Positions 46,620-60,740 of a stretch of DNA of 64,000 nucleotides are shown piece by piece. Origin of the DNA: Mustelus asterias. Its lineage: Eukaryota. The DNA lies in assembly GCF_964213995.1 (NCBI RefSeq), contig NC_135808.1, forward strand, positions 34,720,001-34,784,000, written 5' to 3'. The translations under genes were made by a program, and so were the position numbers. Within the stretch, counting starts at the first letter, position 1; each line of letters begins with the position of its first letter. The notes beneath the pieces are model-generated. The model worked only from the letters and a program-made list of their open reading frames with translations, was not told where the DNA came from and searched no databases.

Positions 46620-47636
46620 CACAGAGCGAAAAACCGCACCGACCTTCTCAGAAGACAAACACGGGACACGGCGGACAGAGTACCCTTCGTCGTCCAGTAC
46701 TTCCCCGGAGCGGAGAAGCTACGACATCTTCTCCAGAGCCTTCAACATGTCATTGATGAAGACGAACATCTCGCCAAGGCCATCCCCACACCCCCACTTC
46801 TTGGCTTCAAACAACTGCACAACCTCAAACAGACCATTGTCTGCAGCAAACTACCCAGCCTTCAGGAGAACAGTGACCACGACACCACACAACCCTGCCA
46901 CAGCAACCTCTGCAAGACGTGCCGGATCATCGACACGGATGCCATCATCTCCCATGAGAACACCATTCACCAGGTACATGGTACATACACTTGCAACTCG
47001 GCTAACGTTGTCTACCTGCAGGAAAGGATGTCCCGAGACATGGTACATTGGGGAGACCATGCAAACGCTACGACAATGGATGAATGAACACCACTCGACA
47101 ATCACCAGGCAAGAGTGTTCTCTTCCAGTCGGGGAACACTTCAGCGGTCACGGGCATTCGGCCTTTGATCTTTCGGGTAAGTGTTCTCCATGGCGGCCTT
47201 CACGACACACGACAATGCAGAGTCGCTGAGCAGAGATGATAGCACACATGAGGACGGCCTCAACTGGGATCTTGGGTTCAAGTCACACTATCTGTAACCC
47301 CCACGACTTACCTGGGCTTGCAAAACCTCACGAACTGTTCTGGCTGGAGACAATACACATCTCTTTAACCTGTGCTTAACCCTCCCTCCACTCACATTGT
47401 CTGTACCTTTGAGACTTGATTACCTGTAAAGACTCGCATTCCAACCATTATTTTGTAAATTGAGTTTGTGTCTTTATATGCCCTGTTTGTAAACAGAACT
47501 CCCACTTACCTGATGAGGGGGCAGCGCTCCGAAAGCTAGTGGCTTGTGCTGCCAAATAAACCTGTTGGACTTTAACCTGGTGTTGTGAGACTTCTGACTG
47601 TGTTTACCCCAGTCCAACACCGGCATCTCCACATCA
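46620..47636 (+). mobile_element. Penelope-like element 3' fragment (GIY-YIG) with pseudo-LTR hammerhead
   Basis: C.KGCPE.WYIGETMQTLRQWMNEH; same terminus as the 36463 copy. Confidence 0.9.
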
Positions 47637-48289
47637 TGAGAATAATGTGAACAGTGTCAGCATTTTATGGAATGCGCCAATTTGTGTTTAAATTTAAATG
47701 GTAACTTACATCTAAACAAGTGACAGAGAAAATTAGCTGCATTGTTCTATTGAGAAGTAGTGTAAAAATATAACCAATGTGACAGACAGGAAGAGTGCAC
47801 AAACTTGGGTAAAGATCGCAATCCCAGCCTGTGCTGATTACTTTATGGATCTTATTGAAAGGCAGAGTCGGCTTCAAGAGTAGAATAGCTTTCTCCTGCT
47901 CCTGTCATGTCCTTGACTCTACCAATACTATCAAGACAGGCAATCTAGACCCCGAAGGGTTATCCAGACTTGAAACATTAGCTCTAGGCAATCTGGACTG
48001 GTTGATTGAAGATTGTTACAATTCACATTGGGACTAACAAACTGAAGAATGACAATATCCAAATGATATGAACAAGATTTCACTTGATATTTATATTTTA
48101 AATTAACAGCCAAATCCAAGTCAATACAAATTATATATTACACAGTTAGATCTTTCTTTATTCCAAGGTTGCTTGCTGGTAATCCTTGGTGAATGTTGCA
48201 ACTATGACAGCTGTAAACTCACATGTTGGCCAATATGCCGAAAGGACATGTGAGAAGATGAAACGGCAATGAAGGAACAAAATGTCAAA

Positions 48290-51200
48290 TGGCGCAGTTA
48301 CTATTCGCCATGCGAATCGCTGAAAATGGTGCTCGGCTCCCACCCAATCCAGTGGTGTGTCCAACTGAATGCCATCGAATGGGCTTATCACACAGAAACA
48401 TGGGGTGCACATTGCAGGCCCCAGCCACGTCAGGGGTCCTGGTGTTCACATCCATCTTACAAATGAGGTGGGCAGCCAGGCAGCTCTTCGACAGCCCTCA
48501 GCCTCATGATCATTAGAGAATACTGTCAGACATGAGAGGGGTGAGATTGATGGAAGTGGGGGTAATGGGGATGCACTCCGGGGGGGGGGGATGGCGGGGG
48601 AGTGGGTGGCGGCAAGCCAGCAGCAGCGCTTCCTTACTGTGTCGCCTGTGTGGGAGGGACATAGCAGTGCTATTCTCACACTCCATAGCAATGAGGCACC
48701 GGGTGAGCACACTGATTCCCCCAAGCTTGCTGGCACAAACAGACAGAGTCGAGGCTCTGTGGGTGAACAAAGTGAAATTTAATGCCAAACATTCAGTACA
48801 AAATGGTGACCTACCTACACTAGTGCCTATATTCACCCATGTCCTCTTAGTGCCTACAGTTTCTTAATCTTCCTCATCCTCACACTATAGTCAGGTGTAT
48901 CCCCAGGATCCGCAGCTGAGGCTGAGGAAGCTTGCTGACTTCACACCCTTTGACCTGGGGATCTGGGACCTGGAGGGTCCAGGCCAGCTTTCAGGCAGAA
49001 TTGATATTGGATTGCTGCCTTCCTCAGTGTCAGGGGCTGGAGGTGTGTTGTTCACAGGGAGGGGGAGATGCTAATTGGCTGAAGACTGCCATGGTCCCCT
49101 GGCTGGATGGCCCCCAGGCTGTACTCTGGCCGATCGTCTTCCTTTCGAGTTCCTGGGAGCCGCTGTGCTCCTCCATGGGTTGGAGGGGCAGCTGGAGTGA
49201 GATCCAGAAGCCCCACCATCCTCTGGTGCAGACAGTCGTGGATTCCCACCAGTGCCTGCACCATGCAGTTGAAGCCCTGCACCAGGGAGCTCACACCCCC
49301 AGACATGGAGGTCATGAGCTAAGCCATGGTGTGGACATTTCCTGCCATGGAATGCATGTCCTGCTGTGAATATCAATCTCGCAATGTTGGTCTCTGCATG
49401 GCAGTGAACAAAGAACAAAGAAAATTACAGCACAGGAACAGGCCCTTCGGCCCTCCAAGCCTGCACTGACCATGCTGCCCAATTTAACTAAAACCCCCAA
49501 ACCTTCCGAGGACCATATCCCTCTATCCCCATCCTATTCATGTATTTGTCAAGATGCCCCTTAAAAATCACTATCGTATCCGCTTCCACTACCTCCCCCG
49601 GCAGCGAGTTCCAGGCACCCACCACCCTCTGTGTAAAAAACCTTGACTCATACATCTCCTTTAAACCTTGCCCCTCGCATCTTAAACCTATGCCCCCTAG
49701 TAATTGACTCTTCCACCCTGGGAAAAAGCTTCTGACTATCCACTCTGTCCAAGCCTTTCATAATCTTGTAGACTTCTATCAGGTCCCCCCTCAATCTCCA
49801 TAACTGCAGTGAGAAGAAACCAAGTTTCTCCAACCTCTCCTCATAGCTAATGCCCTCCATACCAGACAGCATCCTGGTAAATCTTTTCTGTACCCTTTCC
49901 AAAGCCTCCACATCCTTCTGGTAGTGTGGCGACCAGAATTGAACACTACATTCCAAGTGCGACCTAACTAAGGTTCTATAAAGCTGCAACATGACTTGCC
50001 AATTTCTAAACTCAATGCCCCGGCCGATGACGGCAAGTATGCCATGTGCGTTCTTGACTACCTTCTCCACGTGCGTTGCCACTTTCAGTGACCTGTGTAC
50101 CTGTACACCCAGATCCCTCTGCCTATCAATACTCTTCTGCCATTTACTGTATATTTCCTATCTTTATTAGGCCTTCCAAAATGCATTACCTTACATTTGT
50201 CCGGATTAATCTCCATCTGCCATCTCTCTGCCCAAGTCCCCAACCGATCTTTATCCTGCTGTATCCTCTGATGATCCTCATCACTATCCGCAAATCCATC
50301 AATCTTTGTGTCGTCCGCAAACTTACTAATCAGAGCAGTTACATTTTCCTCCAAATCATTTATATATATTACAAACACCAACGGCACCAGTGACAGTGAC
50401 GGCACCATCTCCTCGGATAGAAGGCAATGGAGCTCCTCCAATCACCCTTGGAGATTGGAGGAGGGCTGCTGTCATCCCTTATTGATCCTCGCGAGTCTGC
50501 CTCTGCAGTTCCAGCAGCTCTAGGACGACTGGAATCAGGGGCACATCATAGGCCTGGGGCTCAGCAGAGTTCTTCCCCTGGGAACCCAAAAGGAAGACAA
50601 TCAGCAGGAATACAGCCTGGGGGCCATCCAGCCAAGGGACCATGGGAGTCTTCCACCAATTATTAGTACCCCCCCCCCCCTGTGAAATGTGAGGATGATT
50701 CGGCCTGTTCCAGTCAGTCTGCAAGAGAAGGGACGTGGCATCAGTACATTCCAGAGGATACAGAGAAAACATTCATTACGCACTTGAGATGAGGAATGAC
50801 AGCATATGTGTTGAGGTTTCTCATGTTTCTCTGCTGCCCCCATTTCACAAGCAGTGCAGACACGCTTTTCCTTCTCCCCTGTCAGCTCGAAAGCTCGCTC
50901 CTCATAACATGTGAGGGTTCAGAGCTCGGGCATGACCTCAGTTGTCTCCGCCCACTCACACTTGTTGTGTTGAGTTTGTCCTGCAGTGACACAGATAGGG
51001 AGAGTGTAAGTGGGAGTGTCGACATTTAAGATGGTGATGAGATATGTCAGGCATGGGGCTTGGTTGGGAGCTGGAGTGTGAGGAGCAGAACAGCCACATG
51101 GTGATTGTGAGGGGGAGGGAGAAACCTGGTGCCTGGTGTTGGCAAAGACCAAGGTGGCTGAGTGAGAGAAGGAGTTGGGGGTGTGAAGGGTGTGCAAGGG

Positions 51201-51610
51201 GTCCAGTGGATGACTGGGTGGTTCACTTACCCTAGACGAGTGAAGAAGATCAATCATCTTCTTCCAACATTGCTGTCCCGTCCTCTTCTGGAATGTGCTT
51301 GCACTGACCAGGGGATGACGGGGGTGGAGGGTGGGTGGAGGGGGTTGTCGGGGGGGGGGTGTCATGGGGGGGTGTAAGGTGCAGCTGCCACTGCATCCCA
51401 GGCTGGGATTGTGACTCTTCTGGAAGGCCATCTCTTGGAGCGGGGGTAGAGTGTAACCCACCTCTGCTTCACTCCATCCTGGTGAGTGCTCCCTCCGTGA
51501 AGTGTAGTGCACACTTCTTGGCTGCCGTGTCCTGCAGTCCTGTTGTGGAGCAAGAGCTGGGAAAACGTGTTTATGGAACTCTCCAGTGTTTGCAACAGTT
51601 AAGTTTTTGT
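48290..51610 (-). mobile_element. Harbinger Myb-like gene remnant, interrupted by a CR1
   Basis: LVSASTFQKRTGQQCWKKMIDLL in ORF 50919-51512; internally duplicated segments flank the CR1. Confidence 0.65.
49407..50375 (-). mobile_element. CR1 3' fragment
   Basis: ORFs 50085-50441 (KFADDTK) and 49648-50082; same subfamily as 37668. Confidence 0.9.
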
Positions 51611-51614
51611 CGGG

Positions 51615-52200
51615 CAGTCGAATCAGATGGAGCTATATAAAACCTTGGTTAGGCCGCATTTGGAGTATTGCATGCAGTTCTGGTAACCACACTACTAGAA
51701 GGACGTGGAAGCTTTGGAGAGACTGCAAAGAAGGTTCACCAGGATGTTCCTGGTCTCAAGGGTGTTGACTATGAGGAGCGATTGAATAAACTAGGATTCA
51801 TTTCACTGAAGGCTGAGGGGAGACCTGATAGAGGTCTACAAAATTATGAGAGGCATAGACAGGCTGGATAGTCAGAGGCTTTTTTGGAAATTACAAGGGG
51901 GCACAGGTTCAAGGTGAGAGGGGGTATGTTTAAGGGAGATGTGTGGGGGAAGTTTTTTTTACACAGAGAGTGGTGGGTGCCTGGAACGCACTGCCAGGGG
52001 AGGTTGAGGAAGCAGACACATTAGCCATACTTGAGAGGCATCTGGATGGGTACATGAATAGGGAGAGAATAGAGGGATACGGACCGAGTAAGGGCAGAAG
52101 GGTTTTGTTTTATTTAGTTAGGGCATCATGATCGGCACAGGCTTGGAGGGCTAAAGGGCCTGTTCCTGCACTGTACTTTTCTTTGTTCTTTCTTCTTTGG
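51615..52200 (+). mobile_element. CR1 3' fragment
   Basis: FFTQRVVGAWNALPG and a CR1 tail. Confidence 0.85.
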
Positions 52201-53890
52201 AACATGCCAAACTTGTGGGCATAAGAATTATTGCGAATGAGGCATAGGATTTTCTGAAACCAATATTTGAGCGTGTCATCAAGTTTGACATTGGGCCCCT
52301 CTGATCTTCCCAAGTCCTTCCTGAAAAAATTCAGAATACCTGCTAATTCACACAGCTCTCCCTCACCTCGCCAGAAGATCTCCAATCAATTTAGCTGGAG
52401 CCAATCTTGCTCCATTAGCCTCAGTCCTGCCCATGCACAATGAAGAGTGGGAGTGGGGCTGATTGCTGTTCGTAGGTCACTGGGGTCATTCATATCCTTA
52501 GTGGTTTCAGATAAAGCTCGGCATAACATCGTGGGCCGAAGGGCCTGTTCTGTGCTGTACTGTTCTATGTTCTAGGTGACTAGTCTGGCCATTGTGTTCT
52601 CCAGTTTCAGAAGTTGAAAACCGGTTTCGAGGTAGTTATATGCCTGCTCCCTGATAGTGGAAACTGTGGCTCCCTGTGCCCATCTCCATTTTCAATGGAT
52701 GCCCATATACCAGCAGTTCTATCCTTATTGGGTGAATTTGGTCGCAATAATAGTTTAGTTGCATTGCTTCTTGGTCTGGCAGTGGATGTACCTCACTGCT
52801 ATGGGCTGGTATTGGCTTGGCCTTTTTCGGAGCAATGTGCGTTTTGTCTACTCCTGCAATTATGCCTTTGCTGAGACGCCTAAAACAGCCCAACCCATGG
52901 CACTTGCAACCTTCCAGAGTATGATCTCTTCCACATAGAGGGATATTATTGTTTCCTCGACTGTCAAGTGATGTGAGCTGGGCCTCTGTATTGTCATGGG
53001 AACAGTAACGTCTTACTTGCACAGGGACACTCAGTTGAGGAACAGTTACTACCACTCATGGTTCCTCTCTCTATCCAGAAAACATCACTTTCAGATGTCC
53101 CTTGTAGCTCTTGAACTTCTTTTTTCTGCTCTCTTTAAGTCCAGATCAAGTTCCGCAGTTATTTTTGGATTATTGGGTTGTTCATTCCACACACCAATCT
53201 GTTTCTCAACATTTCATTCAAAGATGACCCAAATTCACAATGTTCTTCCAGTTTCTGCAATCTGGCCAAAGATTCTGTAATGGGCTCTCTGACAGCTCTC
53301 CCTGTTGTGTTAAAGTAATATCTCTGGAGTATGACAGAGCGCTTTGGTTCATAGCAATTTTTAACCAAATCTACAAGTTCATTGAAGGTCTTCGAATCGG
53401 GGTATTTGGGTAAGTCAGGCTTTTAACACCATTCAACATCTTGGTGGAGGAGTTGACAAAGGGGTCCGATAACCTCACTGTAACAGGGAATGAACTTGGT
53501 AAGATAATTTGTCATACCAAGAAAGCACTGCAGAGTGTGCTGGTCCTCAGAAATGGACATGTATCGTACGGATCTGGCTTCATACCATCGGCTGTGAGCA
53601 AGTGACCCATGTAGGGAACCTGGTTTACCCTAAATCTGCATTTGGCAGGGTTAGGGTCGAACTGGATGGTCCTGACTCTGTCGAGGACAAGACAAAGATA
53701 TGCATCATGTTCTTGCATAGTATGACCCCCGACCAGGGTGTCACCAACGATGATTTTGCAGGGTTGTCCTGCAAAGAGTTGCTCCGTGCACCATTGGAAA
53801 ACCTCACTACCAGTGGACATGCCATCTGGAATGCGGAGGAAACAATATGTGCCGGCTGGAGACATGAATGTAGTGAGTTTCGAGGATTCT
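52200..53890 (-). mobile_element. Gypsy gag/protease/RT remnants
   Basis: YEPKRSVILQRYYF...HCEFG..LNEMLRNRLVCG (gag) and ESSKLTTFMSP.GTYCFLRIP.G (RT). Confidence 0.8.
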
Positions 53891-53892
53891 TC

Positions 53893-56385
53893 ATAGAACA
53901 TAGAACATAGAACAGGCCCTTCGGCCCACGATGTTGTGCCGAGCTTTATCCAAAACCAAGATCAAGCTATCCCACTCCCTATCATCCTGGTGTGCTCCAT
54001 GTGCCTATCCAATAACCGCTTAAATGTTCCTAAAGTGTCTGACTCCACTATCACTGCAGGCAGTCCATTCCACACCCCAACCACTCTCTGCGTAAAGAAC
54101 CTACCTCTGATATCTTTCCTATATCTCCCACCACGAACCCTATAGTTATGCCCCCTTGTAATAGCTCCATCCACCCAAGGAAATAGTCTTTGAACATTCA
54201 CTCTATCTATCCCCTTCATCATTTTATAAACCTCTATTAAGTCTCCCCTCAGCCTCCTCCGCTCCAGAGAGAACAGCCCCAGCTCCCTCAACCTTTCCTC
54301 ATAAGACCTACCCTCCAAACCAGGCAGCATCCTGGTAAATCTCCTCTGCACTCTTTCCAGCGCTTCCACATCCTTCTTATAGTGAGGTGACCAGAACTGC
54401 ACACAATATTCCAAATGTGGTCTCACCAATGTCCTGTACAGTTGCAGCATAACCCCACGGCTCTTAAACTCCAACCCCCTGTTAATAAAAGCTAACACAC
54501 TATAGGCCTTCTTCACAGCTCTATCCACTTGAGTGGCAACCTTTAGAGATCTGTGGATATGAACCCCAAGATCTCTCTGTTCCTCCACAGTCTTCAGAAC
54601 CCTACCTTTGACCCTGTAATCCACATTTAAATTAGTCCTACCAAAATGAATCACCTCACATTTATCAGGGTTAAACTCCATTTGCCATTTTTCAGCCCAG
54701 CTTTGCATCCTATCTATGTCTCTTTGCAGCCTACAACAGCCCTCCACCTCATCCACTACTCCACCAATCTTGGTGTCATCAGCAAATTTACTGATCCACC
54801 CTTCAGCCCCCTCCTCTAAGTTATTAATAAAAATCACAAAGAGCAGAGGACCAAGCACTGATCCCTGTGGCACTCCGCTAGCAACCTGCCTCCAATCCGA
54901 AAATTTTCCATCCACCACCACCCTCTGTCTTCGATCAGACAACCAGTTACCTATCCAATCGGCCAACTTTCCCTCTATCCCACACCTCCTCACTTTCATC
55001 ATAAGCCAACCATGGGGGACCTTATCAAACGCCTTACTAAAATCCATGTATATGACATCAACTGCCCTACCTTCATCAACACACTTAGTTACCTCCTCAA
55101 AAAATTCAATCAAATTTGTGAGGCACGACTTGCCCTTCACGAATCCGTGCTGACTATCCCGGATTAATCCGCATCTTTCTAAATGGTCGTAAATCCCATC
55201 TCTAAGGACCTTTTCCATTAATTTACCAACCACCGAAGTAAGACTAATCGGTCTATAATTACCAGGGTCATTTCTATTCCCTTTCTTAAACAGAGGAACA
55301 ACATTTGCCATTCTCCAGTCCTCTGGCACCATCCCCGTGGACAGTGAGGACCCAAAGATCAAAGCCAAAGGCTCTGCAATCTCATCCCTTGCCTCCCAAA
55401 GAATCCTAGGATACATTTCATCAGGCCCAGGGGACTTATCGACCTTCAGTTTATTCAAAACTGCCAGGACATCCTCCCTCCGAACATCTATTTCCTCCAG
55501 CCTATTAGCCTGTAACACCTTCTCTTCCTCAAAAACATGGCCCCTCTCCTTGGTGAACACTGAAGAAAAGTATTCATTCATCACCTCGCCTATCTCTACT
55601 GACTCCATACACAAGTTCCCACTACTGTCCTTGACCGGCCCTAACCTCACCCTGATCATTCTTTTATTCCTCACATAAGAGTAAAAAGCCTTGGGGTTTT
55701 CCTTGATCCGACCCGCCAAGGACTTCTCATGTCCCCTCCTAGCTCTCCTAAGCCCCTTTTTTAGCTCATACCTTGCTAACTTGTAACCCTCAATCGAGCC
55801 ATCTGAACCTTGTTTCCTCATCCCTACATAAGCTTCCCTCTTCCTTTTCACAAGACATTCCACCTCTTTCGTGAACCATGGTTCCCTCACTCGGCCATTT
55901 CCTCCCTGCCTGACAGGGACATACCTATCAAGGACACCCAGTATTTGTTCCTTGAAAAAGTTCCACTTTTCATTAGTTCCTTTCCCTGACAGTTTCTGTT
56001 CCCATCTTATGCCCCCTAATTCTTGCCTAATCGCATCATAATTACCTCTCCCCCAATTGTAAACCTTGCCCTGCTGTAAGGCCCTATCCCTCTCCATTGC
56101 AACAACAAAAGACACCGAATTGTGGTCACTATCTCCAAAGTGCTCTCCCACAACCAAATCTAACACTTGGCCCGGTTCATTTCCCAGTACCAAATCCAAT
56201 GTGGCCTCACCTCTTGTCGGCCTATCCACATAATGTGTCAGGAAACCCTCCTGCACACACTGCACAAAAACTGCCCCATCCGAACTATTTGACCTACAAA
56301 GGTTCCAATCAATATTTGGAAATTTAAAGTCCCCCATGACAACTACCCTGTGACCCCCACACATATCCATAATCTGCTTAGCAAT
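53893..56385 (-). mobile_element. Young CR1, 5'-truncated in the endonuclease, otherwise open ORF2 (802 aa)
   Basis: ORF 53962-56370 is uninterrupted; (TTCTATG)n tail. Confidence 0.95.
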
Positions 56386-56536
56386 TCATCTAATGGGATT
56401 TGCCAGAAGCCTTCACGGTACAGGGCACACCCTGTTCCGACTGCGGCAGCCATCACTCACAGAACTGAACTACATATTTGTTGTTTGGTAAACGCTGTAA
56501 GAAATGTGACATATTTTGCAAATGCTGCAGATTCAA

Positions 56537-56790
56537 ACCACAGCAGCCTGCCTGTGCCACCAGCCACATCACAGCAGATTGCCTGTGCCACCAGCCACAT
56601 CACAGCAGATTGCCTGTGCCACCAGCCACATCACGGCAACCTGCCTGTGCCACCAGCCACATCACAGCAGATTGCCTGTGCCACCAGCCACATCACAGCA
56701 GCCTGCCTGTGCCACCAGCCACATCACAGCAGCCTGCCTGTGCCACCAGCCACATCACAGCAGATTGCCTGTGCCACCAGCCACATCACA
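56537..56790. repeat. 31-bp minisatellite (about 8 units)
   Basis: Unit GCCTGTGCCACCAGCCACATCACAGCAG(ATT/CCT). Confidence 0.92.
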
Positions 56791-57067
56791 GTCAATCACT
56801 TCTCCAGGGGCTGGAGCACAGATGTGTAGCTTTGTTCTGTGAGTGGAACTGGCACAAGGCATGCTCTGTACCACAAGGACTTCTGCTTCCTGCCTTAACT
56901 CTTTGTGCTTCTGTCTGGCTGCTCATTCCGTATATAGATGCTAATGGCAGATTCCAACATTAAGGCCAATTCAGACCAACTTCGGTATCTGGCCATGATC
57001 TGAACCTGGCTGTCCAGATGGTTCTTTCCTGCACTCAATGCTCCTCACTCTAATCCCAATCCCAGGT

Positions 57068-57410
57068 CATAGAGTAATAGAGGTTTACAGCATGGAAACA
57101 GGCCCTTCGGCCCAACTTGTCCATGCTGCCCAGTTTTTACTACTAAGCTAGTCCCAATTGCCTGCTTTTGGCCCATACCTCTCTATACCCATCTTACCTA
57201 TGTAACTGTCTCAGTACTTTTTAAAAGACAAAATTTTACCCGCCTCTACTACTACCTCTGGCAGCACATTCCGGACACTCACCCTCCTGTGTGAAAAAAT
57301 TGCTCCACTGGACCGTTTTGTATCTGTCCCCTCTCACCTTAAACCTATGTCCTCCTCTACCTTTTGGGAAAAGATGTTGACTTTATATATGCCTCTCATT
57401 ATTTTTTAGA
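57068..57410 (-). mobile_element. Old CR1 3' fragment
   Basis: CR1 tail GGCCCTTCGGCCCAAC and degenerate FFTQ/VWN sequence. Confidence 0.7.
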
Positions 57411-58004
57411 CTATAATTCTTTCAGGTATTTTTAGGTTAGTGTAGATAGAGTACTTCTCGGAGTCCTTGGGACTTATGAGCTAATGCTCTTCAGCCATCA
57501 GCATATGTCGAGGACTCTAGACTTTGGCAGTAGTATTTTACACTCTGCTTGGTCATTTCCTCTTGTGTAACTTGTATCTTATTCTTATCACTTCTTCAGA
57601 ATGTCCAAATCATAGGACTAATGTATCATATCCTTTTGAGGTGGGCAATGATTGACAGGATACCCCCTTAAAGGTGTTTGTCATTATATCATAATATACT
57701 GGAGCACCCGGATGATCAGTAATGTTCTCTACTTGTGCTAACATACATCAGTTCTGCAAAGAGAAATGAATGCAATGTAACTTCAGGATGGAGCAAAAAA
57801 ACCCTTAAGTCATCAGTGTCTACCTTTCGTTATGAACTGATCTTGGTCATCAAAGTGAAGATTGAAACATAGAAAAACTAACTAAGAGTGTTCAGGAGCT
57901 GTAAGCAAAAAGCAATGTGGAACCAGGGAAGAAGACCATTTCTAAAGCTATACTCTGCTCCCTCTTTCATTATTTCTAAAGTTTTTTTTCTTCCCCTGTT
58001 CCAG

Positions 58005-58276
58005 TCAAACCATCAGTCACTGTCCAACCTAAAACATCTTCACATTCTGGACAGTCAACCCTGCTCTCCTGTCGTGTTACTGGATTTTATCCTCCTGCGA
58101 TTAAAGTCACATGGCTGAAAAATGAAGCACCAATTCCTGATGGTGTCATCAACACTGCCCTGTTATCAAATGGTGACTGGTGCAGCATCTCCTCCAATAT
58201 CACCCTGTGACTGGGGATAAATATACCTGTCGTGTGGAACACAGCAGCCTGAATGAACCCAAGAACACAGACTGGG
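58005..58276 (+). pseudogene. MHC class II beta2 (Ig-C1) exon with frameshift
   Basis: Polypyrimidine-CAG acceptor, phase 1/1, GTAAG donor; reads KPSVTVQPKTSSHSGQSTLLSCRVTGFYPPAIKVTWLKN...LLSNGDW, then frameshifts to VQHLLQYHPVTGDKYTCRVEHSSLNEPKNTDW; 272 nt versus the canonical 282. Confidence 0.93.
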
Positions 58277-60740
58277 GTAAGAACAATTTGGGGGTAAATT
58301 GCAGGAACTTCATACACAATCTTTACATCCAACTTTCATATTCTATCCCTCCAACCATGAAACCCAGTATTCAATCACCTTAATTTTGTGACCTGATCCA
58401 CTTGGGTGCAGTGTTTTAATAGCTTGTGAACCTGAACTCTTAATCACTCTGCCATTTCACATCACCGAGCTTTGGGTCCTCTATTATTACCACTGTCAAT
58501 ATCCTCTGGCATTGTTTGGAAATTTAGACATGATTTCCCCCTCATTCACAAATAATTCTAGAACCTGTTTCAACCAGAGAAACTCCTTTACAGAAGAAAA
58601 CTGTAACCATTTTACTGCAGGTTGTTACTCAATCTTGTACAAACTTCCCCTTCTGAGAATTTAATCCTGATGATGTAGTCACAACATCTAAGGTGCTGGC
58701 TCTCATCTAACTCTCCCCTACCTGATCCATTTTATTATCTATCATTAGATCTAGTAATCTCCCTCCTTTGCTTGTAGATATTAACAAACTGAAATGCTGC
58801 AAATGTTGGGAGTTCCAATCCCTTGTTACCTTACTCCCTCAATGAACATGTAATTAAAATCTTCAACAATCGTTATAGATTTCCACTTCCCTCCCACAAT
58901 TAATGCAATGATTTTTTTTCACCTTTAATCTCAAATGTGCTTTTGTATTTTGTTCATGGTGTTGAATCAATGGGTGGGATTTACCATGCAACCCACTGCC
59001 ACATGTTTCACAGCAGCAGGAGGTGGTCTGCCTTGGCTGGCAGCAGGATCTTCTGATCCTGCCAATTATGAATGATTGGAAAGTTCTGGCTAATATCTTT
59101 CTATCATTATTTTCTAACTTCCACAAAATGCATCCATTTTTATTCTTAAATTACACTACTCCTTGTCCTTTGATATTTTGTCCAAGTTAGTACCTCATTC
59201 AATTCTTGGCCTATTTTCCCCTGCTCGTAGCCACTTTCTTCTATATTTACACAGCCTTCTCTACTTGTTCTGATTTTGCTTTTATTTCCTCTCTGCTTCC
59301 TTGCTGACAAGTTCTCTCTTTGCAAGAGACGATGGAGTATAAAAATAGGAAGTGTTGTTGCATCTATACAGAGCATTGGTGAAACTACACCTGGAGCACT
59401 GCAATTTTTGTCTCCTTATTAAAGGGGGGATGTGCTTGAATTTAAATCAGTTGATAGGCTGATTCCTGGGTTGAATAAGTTACCCTTTGGGGAATGGTTG
59501 AACAAGTTGGGCCTACACTCATTGGAGTTCAGATTAATGAGTTGATCTAAAAATGAAGCATCTAAGATTGTGGGAGCTTGACAGGGCTGAGTTTTTTTCA
59601 CGGGGGAGCCTAGGACCAGGACCACAGTTTAAATATAATTGTATTTTTAAGACTGAGCTGAATAGGAATTTTATTTGGAGTTTCATGGAGTTTCTTCCCC
59701 AAAGCACAGGAGGCTGGATTACTGAATATATTCATGATTAACCTTTGATCTGGGGCTCAGGCAGAAAAGTGGAGTTAAGGCCACAATCAGTGGGCCATGA
59801 TCTTGCTGGATTTTTGACATTCATTACTAGTCAAGTGTAGACCATCCTTGTGGAAGGTCTCCTCTTTCCCAGAACTCAGCCCATGAAATGGCAGTTTAGC
59901 TATGTTAACCTTTGTCTTCCCTAATCTGCACCATAAATGTATAGTCATCCAGAGATGCTTTCTAAATTCCTTTTGCCTAATTTGGCCCCTTCCTATTACA
60001 TTTGGCTCCATGTATATCACAGTAACTGTCCTTCGTGCAACCTTTCCAGTATCTTTACATCCTTTATTTTAGCCCCTAGCTAAACAGGACTCAAACTGAA
60101 GTACAAAAGATGATGCTCAGCAGTCTCTGTGGCAGTGCTAGCTGAGTTGCTAATATTCTCCCCTTTCATCCTTCTCCAGCATCATAATCACTCCAGCCAC
60201 CATCATCTCCCTTTTTTTTTACCCCCCACCCGCCCCGCCACCTCATGTCTTTTTAATGTTACTTTGAATTCTTATGACTTCTTTCAGTGATCTGTCTCTC
60301 ACTGAAGTGACATCAGCAAACTGATATGAACCCCTCCCCAAGCCCAACATTGTGCAGTTTATTAGTTTAAGATAGTATCATAAACCACTGCAGGTATCTG
60401 AATTACTTCAGCTTTCTCCTGAGAATTCTGCAGTCCTACACTTGAATCTCATTTTACAGGAACCTGGGTAATCATCACTTGTGAAGAAAATTATCACATT
60501 TGTACAGTTCATACAGACGTCATACCTTGCTAGAATACAGTTGGAGCAAAGTAAGGACTTCCAGCAGTAAGTCAGTATCTCTCATTCCCATTCCCAGTTT
60601 TTCCTTTCTTCTATGAACTCGTGCAAGTTCACTGATTTTTGTCCGACAGAACAGTCTGCAATCTCTTGGATCTTTCATCTTTTCATCTTTCATCTTCCTT
60701 CCAGTGTTAATGACATTGTCAGAACAACATCTTCCAGGTT

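Noticed and set aside
56350-56963. Cys/His-rich repeat proteins or a CRISPR-like array
   Set aside because: A 31-bp tandem repeat without unique spacers in a eukaryotic context; stop-free in all + frames by composition.
58180-58383. ORF-track 67-aa ORF as a standalone gene
   Set aside because: It is the post-frameshift half of the beta2 exon reading through the splice donor into the intron.
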